Below are positions 1-10,947 of a stretch of DNA of 64,000 nt, in pieces (position 1 is the first letter of the stretch; each line of letters opens with the position of its first letter). Under the pieces are notes generated by a model, which saw nothing but the letters and a program-made list of their open reading frames with translations, was not told the DNA's origin and searched no databases. This stretch comes from Raja brachyura (taxonomy: Eukaryota): assembly GCA_963514005.1 (NCBI GenBank), contig OY740783.1, forward strand, positions 129,828,001-129,892,000, given 5' to 3'. The position numbers and the translations under genes were made by a program.

Positions 1-330
1 CGAGCATCGTGCCCCATCTGCACTAGTCCCATCCGCCTGCGTTTGGCCCATATCCCTCTAAATCTTTCTGATCCAGGTACTTGTCCAAATGTTTCTTTAA
101 ACGTTGTGATAATACCTGCCTCAACTACCTCCTCCAGCAGATCATTCCACAAACCCACCACTCTTTGTGTTTAAAAATAAATGCCCATCAGGTTCATATT
201 GAATCTTTCCCTCCTCAACTTAAAACTATGTCCTCTGGTTTTTAATTCCGCGACTCTGTATAAAAAACTCTGGGCATTCCATTCCTCTCATGATCTTACC
301 CACCTCTGCAAGATCCTCCTACAAAGTCCT
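1..330 (-). mobile_element. CR1 (HER1-like) LINE 3' fragment
   Basis: Reverse complement resembles the CR1 ORF2 C-terminus/3'UTR seen in other copies here (e.g. ORF 29417-29803). Confidence 0.75.
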
Positions 331-332
331 AC

Positions 333-915
333 AAGTCAAGTCAAGTCAAGAGAGTTTATTGTCATGTGTCCCAGATAGGACAATGACATTCTTGCATTGC
401 TGCTGCACAACAGGATATTGTAGTCATAAATACAGATCAGATCAGTGTGTCCATGTACCATAGAATATATATATACACACATCAGCAAACAGATAAAGTG
501 CAATAGGCTGTTATAGCTCATAGTTTGTTTGAAGTTGTGTTTAATAGTCTGATGGCTGTGGGGAAGTAGCTATTCCTGAACCTGGATGTTGCAGATTTCA
601 GGCTCCTGTACCTTCTACCTGAAGGCAGCGGGGAGATGAGTGTGTGGCCAGGGTGATGTGGGTCCAAGATGATGCTGGCAGCCTTTTTGAGGCAGCAACT
701 GCGATAGATCCCCTCGATGGTAGGGATGTCAGAACCGATGATGGACTGAGCAGTGGTTACGACTTTTTGCAGCCTTTTCTGCTCCTGGACGCTCAGGTTG
801 CCGTACCAAGCCACGATGCAACCGGTCAACATGCTCTCTACTGTGCACCTGTAGATGTTCAAGAGAGTCCTCCTTGACAAACTGACTCTCCGTAATCTTC
901 TCAGGAAGTAGAGGC
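333..915 (-). mobile_element. Rex1/Babar LINE 3' end
   Basis: ORF 518-940 reads LYFLRRLRR...YRCTVESMLTGCIVAWYGN...LPSGRRYRS...RFRNSYFPTAIRLLN; (CAAGT)n tail at 333-350. Confidence 0.88.
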
Positions 916-1073
916 ATGATGATACAATACATGAATACAATTAAGCCAAACGCAAGTACAAAGAGAAAAATACCCAGTGCAGAATATATTGCTGCAACAT
1001 TACAGTTACAGAGAAAAAGTTGCAAAGTCTGCAATGTGGTAGGTTGGGAGATCAAAACTACACTCTAACAAGG

Positions 1074-1310
1074 AAGGGTCCCCACTTTCATGACCTCATT
1101 CACAACCTTTTTTTACTCGTGGACATTTTTCATCATGCTAGAAAAACGCCTCGACCTACTTGATGCCACGAGTACCTACGACTAGCATTACAACCTGCTA
1201 CGACCTACCTACTACCTCCTACGACCTCGTGATGACCATGCTGCGAGTATGAGTCAAGGGCAAACTCAGCAGAGGTCGTGAATTAGGTCATGAAAGTGGG
1301 ACAGGTCCTT
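1074..1310. mobile_element. PIF/Harbinger-type MITE
   Basis: TIRs AAGGGTCCCCACTTTCATGACC ... GGTCATGAAAGTGGGACAGGTCCTT; same TIR family as 3303-3601. Confidence 0.7.
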
Positions 1311-1467
1311 CATTCTCGTAAACGCAGAGCACCTTGTTTCATGCTGAGGGGAACAGGCCCTTCGGGACATGGTGTCTGTGCCGAACAAGATGCTGAATCA
1401 AACTAATCCCCTCTGTCTGCACATATAACCCTCCATATCCATGGGCCTATCTAAAAACCTTGTAAAC

Positions 1468-1765
1468 AGGGCTGTGGAGTCGATACCCAAAACACCCGAC
1501 TGTCTCCGACTCCTTGATTTCCTGTGTATCCTACTCCGACTACGATCCCTAGAGATAATAACTCTAAATCTGCAATGATGCCATTACACAAGATTGCATT
1601 TCACAAGAACTATATGAATCATCAGGCTACCTTTTAAACCCATGTCCTGAAAGTTTTGAGTCTAATCATTGTGGTTATGCTATTGTGGCTTTTCTCATTG
1701 TTTATTTGTGAGAAAAAACAACAGAATTCATTATTCTGCTAAAAGTGGCGTTTACAACTTACAAG
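1468..1765. mobile_element. hAT-like DNA transposon fragment inserted in a CR1 3' fragment
   Basis: Starts CAGGGCTGTGGAGTCG; flanked by duplicated TTGTAAA; CR1-like sequence resumes after it. Confidence 0.45.
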
Positions 1766-2572
1766 TTGTAAATGGCACTATCGTATCTGCTTCCACCAAC
1801 CACCCCCTGGCAGTGCGTTCCAGGCACCCACCGCCCGCTGGGTAATAAAACTGTCCCCACACATCTCCTTTAAGCTATGCCCTCGCTACTAGCCTCCCTG
1901 TAGACTTGGGACTGTGCAGCTAAACTATGCCCGAACTTCATCTACCAGTTTGCAGATGATTCCACTGTGGTGGGACAGATCACAAACAGTAACAAGCTGA
2001 AGGACAGGAAGGAAATAGAGATCTCAGTGAAGGTGTCAAGTCAAGCCAACATCCTCTCCCTCTCTGCCTTTGATATTTCCACATTGGGGGAAAAATAAAA
2101 TTCTGTCCCAGCTATGCCTCTCATAATTTTATATACTTTCAGGTCTCCCTCAACCTCCGATGCTCCAGAGAGAACACTCCAGGTCTGTCCAACCTCTCCC
2201 TGTAGCTAATTACCACTCGCCCATGCATCATTCTGACTAACTTCTGCACTGCAAAACCTCCACATCCTTGCTATAATGGGACAACAAAACCTATACGCAA
2301 CACTCTAAATGTGGCCGAACCAAAGTCTGATAAAACTGCAAATTCATCTCTGTACTGACCCAAATGATTGCATTCATAACGTTGCCCCCTGCTTGATAAT
2401 CTCTCCATGTTATTGTGCAAGGAACTTAGAAATTAAAGCCAAATGAGGCCATTTTGTCAGTCCCACCATTCAATGTGATCTCCAACTTCAGTGCATTTAG
2501 ATTCATACAGCACGGAAAAAAAGGCCCTTTGGCCTAACTTGCCCACGCCAGCCAACTTGCCCCATCTTGTGC

Positions 2573-2881
2573 ACCACGGTGGCGCAGCGGTAGAGTTGCT
2601 GCCTCACAGAGCCAGAGACCCGGGTTCGATCCCGACCACGGTTGCTGTCTTTACGGAGTTTGTACGTTCTCCCCGTGACCCCGTGGGTTTTCTCCGAGAT
2701 CTTCGGTTTCCTCCCACACTCCAAAGACGTGCAGGTAAGTAGGTTCATTGGCTTGTTGTATGTGTAAATTGTCCCTAGTGTGTGTAGGGTAGTGTTAATG
2801 TGCGGGGATTGCTGGTCGGTGCGGACTGGGTGGGCCAAGGGGTCTGTTTACGTGCTGTATCTCTAATCTAAAACTAAACTA
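2573..2881 (+). mobile_element. tRNA-derived V-SINE (HE1-like)
   Basis: A box TGGCGCAGCGG, B box GGTTCGATCCC, conserved core GTTTGTACGTTCTCCCCGTGAC, (CTAAA)n tail; many copies in the window. Confidence 0.88.
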
Positions 2882-3159
2882 CAATAGTCCCACCTGTCTT
2901 AGTTTTACCCATATCCCTCTAAACATTTCCTATCCATTAACCTGTCTAAATGTCTTTTAAATATTGTTATAGTACCTGCCTCAACTACTTCCTCTTGTAG
3001 CTCGTTCCATACACCCAGCACCCTTTGTAAAAACATTGTCCTCAGGCTCCTATTAAATCATTCCCCCCTCACCTTAAACTTATGTCCTCTTGTTCTTGAT
3101 TCCCCTCTGGGTGAAAGACTGCATCCTCCCTATATATCCCCCTCATAGTTTTTTACACC

Positions 3160-3830
3160 ATGGTGTGGGTCCTTGATGATGCTGCCAGCCTTTTTGAGGC
3201 AGCGACTGGGATAGATCCCTTCGATGGAAGGGAGCTCAGAGCCGATGATGGACTGGGCATTGGTAACAACTTTCTGCAGTCTTTTCCGTTCCTGGATGCT
3301 CAAGGGCCTGTCCCACTTTCCCAAGTTACTCACAAATTCTCCCAAGATTTCCCCTTGATTCAAACTCGGAGAATTACGGTAATAGCCAGCCGTAGGTACT
3401 CGGGTCTATTTTGTTTTTATTTGTGGACATTTTTCAATATGTTGAAAAAAGTCCCGATTTATCTGATGCCCCGGGTACCTACGGCTGGCATTACGAGCCG
3501 CTACAAAATATCTACTGACTCCTACGGACATTCTCCGAGTTTAAATCAAGGGGAAAACTCGGGAGAATTTGTGAGTAACTCGGGAAAGTGGGACAGGGGC
3601 TTCAAGTTGCCGAACGAAGCCACGATGCAACCGGTCAGCATGCACTCTACTGTGCACCTGTAGACGTTCGAGAGAGTCCTCCTTGGCATATCGACTCGCC
3701 GTAATCTTCTCAGGAAGTAGAGGCACTGATGTGCTTTCTTTATGATTGCATCAGTGTTCAGGGACCAGGAGAGATCAGTAGCTATACCAACAGAACGATA
3801 ACAACTAGATGCAGGACACTTCACATGCCT
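3160..3830 (-). mobile_element. Rex1 LINE fragment interrupted by a MITE
   Basis: ORFs 3546-3824 and 3130-3363 carry Rex1 RT C-terminal motifs (DLSWSLNT..KKAHQCLYFLRRLR; RLQKVV..AQSIIG). Confidence 0.8.
3303..3601. mobile_element. PIF/Harbinger-type MITE with 3-bp TSD (TCA)
   Basis: Long TIRs AGGGCCTGTCCCACTTTCCCAAGTTACTCAC / GTGAGTAACTCGGGAAAGTGGGACAGGGGCT. TCA duplicated at 3300-3302 and 3602-3604; removing the element restores the Rex1 sequence seen at about 785-800. Confidence 0.82.
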
Positions 3831-4608
3831 TCCACCATTTTGACATTGTCAAATTCTCCCACCGCCTCATGTTCACCAGGGATGTACGGTGGCACACTGG
3901 TGCAGAGGTCGAGCTGCTGCCTCACAGCACCAGTGACACGGGTTCCATCTTGAATTTGGAAGCTGTCCGTGAACGGTGTTTGTACGTTCTCCCTGTGGGT
4001 TCCCACCTCCAAAACATGCAGGTTTATAGGTTATTTGTCTCGTTAGATAACGTAGAATTAGTGTGAACAGCTGATTGCTGGTCGGCGTGGGCTGCGGGGC
4101 CTGTTTACCAAACCAAAACCTCCATCTGCCGTCAGGAAGGTCTTAAAACTTCTTCTGAAACAGAGATCCAACCGGCTCCCCTCTCTCCATCAGCCAGCAC
4201 TCTCATCCACCCAGCAGAACTTGTTCTCAGCCCAACAACTTCTCTAGTGACTCCTCTCACTTTCTACAAATCAAAGGTAACCATGGGCACTGGTGTGAGC
4301 CTTAGCTCATTCTGCCTTTACAATGGATCTGTGAAACTCTCCCTGCTCCAAACCTTCTACAGTAGCACTCCACAACACATTCTCAGTTACATCAATGACT
4401 TTGTTAGTGCTGACTCCTACACCCAGATGGGAAAGGTTTATAGGGAACTGGGGCAAATGGGCCAACTCAGAATGGCACCTGGTTGACATGGACAATTTGG
4501 GCCGAAGGGCCAGTTTCCCTGCTGCCCGACTCCATTACTCTATAGCTAAGTTGCACTGAGGTAGATTAGAAGTTCGGGAAAAACATCCTTAACATATGAG
4601 AGTTCCTT

Positions 4609-5320
4609 ATGTTTAGGTTTAGGTTTACTATTGTCACGTGTACTGGGGTACAGCGACAAGCTTTGTTTTGCACACTATCCAACAGATCAGATAATACCAC
4701 ACATAAATACAACCAAGTCAAACTCCAGTACAATAGGTAGAGCAAAGGGGAAGATACAGAGTGCAGAATATAGTTCTCAGCATTGTAGCGCATCAGTTCC
4801 AGAGACAAAGTCCAATGTCCGCAATGGGGTAGAGGTGAATCGGACAGCACCCTAGCTTATGGAGGGACCGTTCAGAAGCCTGATAACAGAGGGGAAGAAG
4901 CTGTTCCTGAGTCTGGTGGTGCGCGCTTTCAAGCTTCTGTACCTTCTGCCGGACGGGAGCGGGGAGAAGAAGGAATGACCGGGGTGGGACAGGGACAAGT
5001 CTTTGATTACATTGGCTGCTTTCCCGAGGCAGCGTGAAGTGTAGAGAGAGTCGATGGTGGGGAGTGTGGTCTGTGTGATGGACTGGGCTACATCTACAAT
5101 GGTGGGGAGTGTGGTCTGTGTGATGGACTGGGCCACATCTACAATGGTGGGGAGTGTGGTCTGTGTGATGGACTGGGCCACATCTACAATGGTGGGGAGT
5201 GTGCTCTGTGTGATGGACTGGGCTACATCTACAATGGTGGGGAGTGTGGTCTGTGTGATGGACTGGGCTACATCTACAATGGTGGGGAGTGTGCTCTGTG
5301 TGATGGACTGGGCTACATCC
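4609..5320 (-). mobile_element. Rex1-related LINE 3' end
   Basis: ORF 4852-5181 ends HPGHSFFSPLPSGRRYRSLKARTTRLRNSFFPSVIRLLN; (GTTTAG)n tail. Confidence 0.85.
5054..5318. repeat. 45-bp tandem repeat, about 6 copies
   Basis: Unit ATGGTGGGGAGTGTGGTCTGTGTGATGGACTGGGCTACATCTACA. Confidence 0.95.
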
Positions 5321-5334
5321 TCAGACTATCTTTG

Positions 5335-5643
5335 AAGGCCTGTCCCACTGTACGAGGTAATCCAAGAGCTTTCCCGAGTTTAAAAAAAAAATCAAACTCG
5401 TGGTAAGTACGTAGAATGAATGTAGCGGGTACGTCGGACCTCGGGACATCTCTTAGCGGCTTGTAACGCTAACGGCAGGTACTCGGGAAACACGGTAAGC
5501 TCGGGAAGATTTTTCAACATGTTGAAAGATGGCCACGAGAGCCCCGAGTACCTACGAGCGGCTATTACCGTAAATCTCCGAGTTCGAATCAGGGGAAACT
5601 CGGGAGAACTCTTGAATTACCTCGTACAGTGGGACAGCCCCTT
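5335..5643. mobile_element. PIF/Harbinger-type MITE
   Basis: TIRs GGCCTGTCCCACTGTACGAGGTAAT / ATTACCTCGTACAGTGGGACAGCC. Confidence 0.78.
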
Positions 5644-6280
5644 TTTAATCTGATTTTGCTGACTTATCTTGCACTAAATGTTATTTCCTTTATCCTTTAT
5701 CTGTACACTGTGGACGGCTCGATTGTAATCATGTACAGTCCATCTGCTGACTGGATAGCACGCAACAATAACGATTTTCACTATACATCGGTACACGTGA
5801 CAATAAATTAAACTAAAAGCTCAGGTAGAGTTCTTGACCGGCAAGCACAAGTTGGGCTGAAGGGCTGGGGATACTGAATACAATTAGCAATTGGCTCAAC
5901 AATTGACACAGAGTGCTGGAGTAACTCAGTGAGTCACGCAGAATCTCTGGTGAACATGAAGAGGTGACGTTTTTTCAGCTCGTAACCCTTCTCCAGACTG
6001 TTTCTCACAGAGTGGTGATGACTCATATAAGATGGCTAGAGAGGAGGAGGCAATGTGGAAAAGAAATTCTCAGAAATCGAGAACCACTGGTATTACAGCT
6101 GCCCTGCCCCCATCACCATTCTAGAAGGCACTTTTGAACCCAACCCAACCACTTCTGTAAACCTCGCAACACTCTAGACCAGTTGCCACGGTCTTAGAAC
6201 ATATCTGGTAGAACGGTACAGCACAAACATGGTCCTTCACCCCACAATACCTGTGCCAAACAGGATGCCAGGACCATATT

Positions 6281-6521
6281 TAGACTTTAAACATACAGTC
6301 TGGAAATAGTCCCTTTGGCCCACCGAGTCCGCGCCGACCTGCGATCACCCCCCACACTAGTTCTATCCTACACACCAGGGACAATTTTCAATTTTACCGA
6401 AGCCAATAAACCTGCCAAACACCTTTGGATGTGTGGGAGGAAACCGGAGCACCCGGAGAAAACCCACACAGTCACAGGGAGAAAGTAAAAACTCTGTACC
6501 AGGGTCTCTGGCGCTGTGAGA
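6281..6521 (-). mobile_element. V-SINE, partial
   Basis: Reverse complement of the SINE at 2573-2881. Confidence 0.8.
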
Positions 6522-7108
6522 CCCAGCTATTCACAGTCTGAATCACCAATTTGGTTCAACATCATTTCCAAGGTTGTGCAAGGTATTAAACCAGACGTGA
6601 CTTTGGGCATAGACACAAAGTGCAGGGGTAACTTATACATACAATTTTATACAATTGTTTATTGTCATTTGAACCTCAAATGAGGTTCAAACAAAATTTG
6701 GTTTCTGCAGCCATACAACAAGAAGAAACAATTTAACAAGACACACAACCAACTCAATTCACACAGACATCCATCACAGTGAATCTCCTCCTCACTGTGA
6801 TGGAAGGCAAAGTCTTGTCTCTCCCCTGCTCTCCATCTGTGAGAAGTTGCTGTTGCGGGAGATTTGAAAAGCGGTCTCCCACTAGGGACACGCGAGCTTC
6901 CGATGTTCCTCTCCACCGGGCCTGAGGCCGGAGCCTCCGAAGCTCCGAAGTCGGATCGCAGCGGCGCGCCACCACAGCTTTCCACGTGTTTCCCCCACTC
7001 CTCCCCCCACATATACACAGCTCAAAACAATATAAAACAATCTAAAAACCACAACCAACTATACATTCAACGGGACAAAAATAAAAAAAAGACGGACGGA
7101 CTGCAGAG

Positions 7109-9108
7109 CAAAGATTACAGAGGAGCAAGATAGGCCACTCCTCCGAAATCCAATGGACTGGTGTGTAGTACGTAACGGAACGTCACGGCTGCCATTTTGG
7201 CGGTATGCCTCCCACTGTGTAATCCGCTCCAAAGCTACAGAGCAGTTGCAAGTGAGATGCCTATAAACAGGAATGTTTCATTGTCTTTTGAATAAATAAT
7301 ATTTTGATGTGGACTTCTATTGCATGCGTTTGTCTATGGCAGGCTATGTAAATTGCCGTTGGGTTAGTGTCAAATATTTACTGATTCATATCAGTGTTGT
7401 AGGGAACATTGTTTGATATAGTGCATCTATCACCTCACATATTTTAGTTAATTTAATTGTAATGTTTGGTAATGACAATCACACATGTGATACTACGCCT
7501 TTTCCACAGAGTGGCGCATTGCTCCTCTATAATCTTTGGTTGGCTGGAGGTGGGGGAGAAAGTTGATAGAGAGAAGTGGGGGCAGGACAAAACCTGGCAA
7601 GTGAAGAAGGGTCCCACCCCTTGAAAGCACAGACCACCATACTCAGGAACAGCTTCTTCCCCACTGTTATCAGACTACTGAACGGTCCTCTCATTTGCTA
7701 AGGATAAATTCCTGATCTTCCAATCACCCTTGTTGTTCCCCTTGCACTTCAGTGGGCGCCGCCCACTGCAGTGGCCTCTGCAGCAAAGATTATAGAGGAG
7801 CAAGATGCGCCACTCAGTGGTACAAGCGTAGCATCACATGTGTGATTGTCGACGGCATTTTAGCGGACCAGAGATGGCGTCGACTATGGCGTCTACATCA
7901 TTGGGAAACTAGGCTCCTCTATAATCTTTGTCTCTCGATCTCCCGCTGTGTAACCCGCTCCAAACCTACAGAGCAGTTGCAAGCAAAGATTATAGAGGAG
8001 CAAGATGCATTAGAAAGTTATTAGATTTATTTGTAATAGATCTTTACTTACCTCTCGATCCCTCTCTATCCCCTCTCTTCTCTATATCTCCCCACTCGAT
8101 CGCTCTCTATCCCCTCTCGATCTCTCTCAATCTCCCTCTCTTCTCTATCTCTCACCTCTCGATCGCTCTCTATCCCCTCTCAATCTCTCTCCCCTCTCTT
8201 CTCTCAATCTCTCTCTCCCCTTTCTCTCGATCTTTCTCTCTTCTCTCTCTCCCCTCTCTTCTCTCGATCCCCCCTCTTCTCTCGATCTCTCGCTTATCTC
8301 GATCTCTCTCTCCCCTCTCGATCTCTCTCTCCCCTCTCGATCTCTCTCTCTCTCTCCCCTCTTGATCCCCCTCCCTTCCCTCTCTCCCTCCCTTCCCTCT
8401 CTCCCTCCCTTCCCTCTGTGTGAGAGTTGGCAGCCCTGCTATGCCTTAGGTCCAAAAGAGGATAGAAATAAATTACATAATGGTCTTTGTAAGACGATTT
8501 TAATAAGCTCTTCTGTCTGTCCCACCATATATTTATATGAATGTGTGTTTTGTGTGTGCCTGTAATTTTGTGCACAGTGTGTGTTAAAGCAATACAAGGG
8601 AAGCTGCACAATGCAATGCAAGGGAAACTACGCAAAGGTGCGGTCTGGGGAGGAAAGATGGGAGGGAGATGGGGGAACAGGGGGAAAACATTACAATTAA
8701 ATTAACTAAAATATGTGAGGTGATAGATGCGCTATATCAAACACTGTTCCCTACAACACTGATTACACCAAGGATGATGGAGCGGATCGAAGGATCTTTG
8801 GAGCTACTATTTTACATGTAAACGTATATGAATCAGTAAATATTTGACACTAACCCAACGGCAATTTACATTGCCTGCCATTGACAAACGCATGCAATAA
8901 AAGTCCACATCAAAATATCATTTATTCAAAAGACAATGAAACATTCCTGTTTACAGGCATCTCACTTGCAACTGCTCTGCAGCTTTGGAGCGGATTACAC
9001 AGCGGGAGGCATACCGCCAAAATGGCGGCCGTGACGTTCCGTTACGTACTACACACCAGTCCATTGGATTTCGGAGGAGTGGCCTATCTTGCTCCTCTAT
9101 AATCTTTG
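7109..9108. mobile_element. Cluster of non-autonomous TIR elements (about 7109-7538, 7784-7930, 7984-9108), unclassified
   Basis: Termini CAAAGATTATAGAGGAGCAAG ... CTTGCTCCTCTATAATCTTTG; 7109-7460 is a near-identical inverted copy of about 8695-9108. A CT-rich tract lies at about 8050-8420. Confidence 0.7.
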
Positions 9109-9388
9109 CGGCCAACTGCCATCTGTCTGAAGAAGGCCCCCCCCCCCCTCTAAAATGTCTCCTCTTCATTGCCTCCGCAGATGGTGCCTGACCTGCTGAG
9201 TTCCTTCCTCTAGGACTTTGTTGCTGGCTGTAACCCACTCCCCTGCGTTGATGTGTAAATCAGTATCACCGACAACTGGTGGTGCCACTTGTGACTCCAG
9301 TCCAAGCGCAGTGTGGCTCTGGAACCTGTGCTTCTTCCCCTGTTGTTCTATTATTCACCTCTCTCTTCCCCCCTCTCTCTCTCTCCAG

Positions 9389-9778
9389 GCTTTTCGCACG
9401 ATGGTTGGACAATGTCCGGTGCTGATGAGGTATCTGCCATGGAAGGGGCCTCTGCTGTGTTGCCATGTACATTTACCTACCCACCCAATGGTGGCAACGT
9501 CACCGGCTCCGTGTTGTGGCACAACAAGTTGATGCCATCAGAGGCTCTCAGCCTTGTGTTTAAATGCACATATGCCGGTCCCGGCCGCCCCCGATGTGAT
9601 GAAGAGACACAGAAGGCCGGAGGAGGTCGGTTCATATTCGTGGGGAACCTCCCAGAGGGAGATGCCTCGATAATGGTGGAGCCGCTGAGAAAGAATGACA
9701 GGGATAAGTACCGGTGCCGCGTGGAGCTCACTGTTGGGGGTTTTCAATCTGTGATTTTCACGCAGCTGACTGTGGAAG
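9389..9778 (+). CDS. Ig V-set exon D1 of a Siglec-15-like receptor
   Basis: Pyrimidine tract + CAG acceptor, G|GTGAG donor, 390 nt, phase 1-1. Protein WTM..EVSA.EG..AVLPCTFTYP..W..VFKC..C..GRF..VGN...D.SI.VE.L...D...YRCRVEL aligns motif by motif with the Siglec-15 V domain as recalled, including the extra Cys pair and the F-strand Arg (CGC 9718-9720). Confidence 0.93.
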
Positions 9779-10149
9779 GTGAGAGTAATGTTCAGAAACC
9801 GTCGCTGCATCTTGTACAGTGAGTCATAGAGTTATATAGCATGGAAACAGGCCCTTCAGCCCAACTCCTCCATGCTGACCCATCTACACTAAACCGATTT
9901 GCCCATTATTTGACCCACATCCCTTTAAACCTTTTGTATCCATGTACCTGTCCAAATGTCTTTTAAATGTTGTTATAGTCCCTGCTTCAACTACCTCCTC
10001 TGGCAGCTCTCTCTATACATCCACCACCCTCTGTAACTTGAAGATTGAATACTCTAACCAAGTAGCCCTTGCTTCCCCTCTCTCTCCATCCCTCCCCTAC
10101 CTAAGCTTCAAAGTTGTCTTGTGTCTATCTTCAGTGTAAACCAGCATCA

Positions 10150-10500
10150 GGAACTGCAGATGCTGGTTTTACACTGAAGATAGACATAAAATGCTGGAGT
10201 AACTCAGCGGGACAGGCAGCATCTCTGGAGAGAAGGAATGGGTGATGTTTTCGGGTCGAGACACTTCTTCAGACAGAGTCAGGGGAGAGGGAGACACAAA
10301 GATAATGAAGTGTGAAAAGGAGACATCAAAGAGGATAAGTTCAAGGGAAATGTAAAATGATCATTGTGTTAAAGAAGGAACTGCAGATGCTGGAGAATCG
10401 AGGGTTACACAAAAAGCTGGAGAAACTCAGCGGGTGCAACAGCATCTAAGGAGCGAAGGAGATAGGCGACGTTTCGGGTCGAGACCCTTCTTCAGACTGA
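10150..10500 (-). mobile_element. Two nested Penelope-derived short repeats
   Basis: Same sequence family as the tail of the GIY-YIG element at 60090-60185. The inner copy (about 10368-10497) is flanked by duplicated TGATCATTGT. Confidence 0.7.
10465..10500 (-). ncRNA. Minimal hammerhead ribozyme core (Penelope type)
   Basis: Minus strand reads TCAGT-CTGAAGA-A-GGGTC-TC-GACCC-GAAAC-GTC-GCC: CUGANGA, stem II, GAAA, GUC cleavage triplet. Confidence 0.68.
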
Positions 10501-10947
10501 TCATTGTTAGCTAGAAGAAGGTGCCAATGTGCCAAAAGTCTTTTTGACCACCTTATCTACCTGCGACTCGACCTTCAAGGAACCATGCACTGGTACTCCA
10601 AGATCCCTCTGATGACACTCCCCAGAGGCCTACCATTCACTCTTCAGGTCCTGCCCTTGTTAGACTTCCCAAATTTAGAAAGGGCTGCAAGGAAAAGCCT
10701 GCAAACTACAATCCAATGAGCTTAACATCTTTGGTAGGCAAGTTACTGGAGAGTATTCTGAGGTATAAGATATGTATTTGGATAGACAGGGACTGATTAA
10801 GGAGATTCAGCATGGTTTTGTACATGGGAGATTGTCTCACAAATCTGATTGAGTTTTTTGGAGAGGCACCCAACAAGGTTGACGAGGCCAAATCCGTAAA
10901 CGTTGCCTCTGTGGACTTCAGCAAGTCATTTAATACGGCTCCACTTG

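Noticed and set aside
1677-1707. Leader exon candidate MLLWLFSLFI with phase-1 GTGAG
   Set aside because: Weak donor context (TTT|GTGAGA), very short, and inside an apparent transposon insertion; not excluded but unsupported.
2573-2645. tRNA gene
   Set aside because: The A/B boxes belong to the tRNA-derived head of a multi-copy SINE.
5054-5335. 15-aa repeat protein
   Set aside because: In-frame tandem amplification of 45 bp within a dead Rex1 fragment.
6032-6089. ATG in good Kozak context with phase-1 GT (MAREEEAMWKRNSQKSRTT)
   Set aside because: Not hydrophobic, so not a signal peptide; weak donor.
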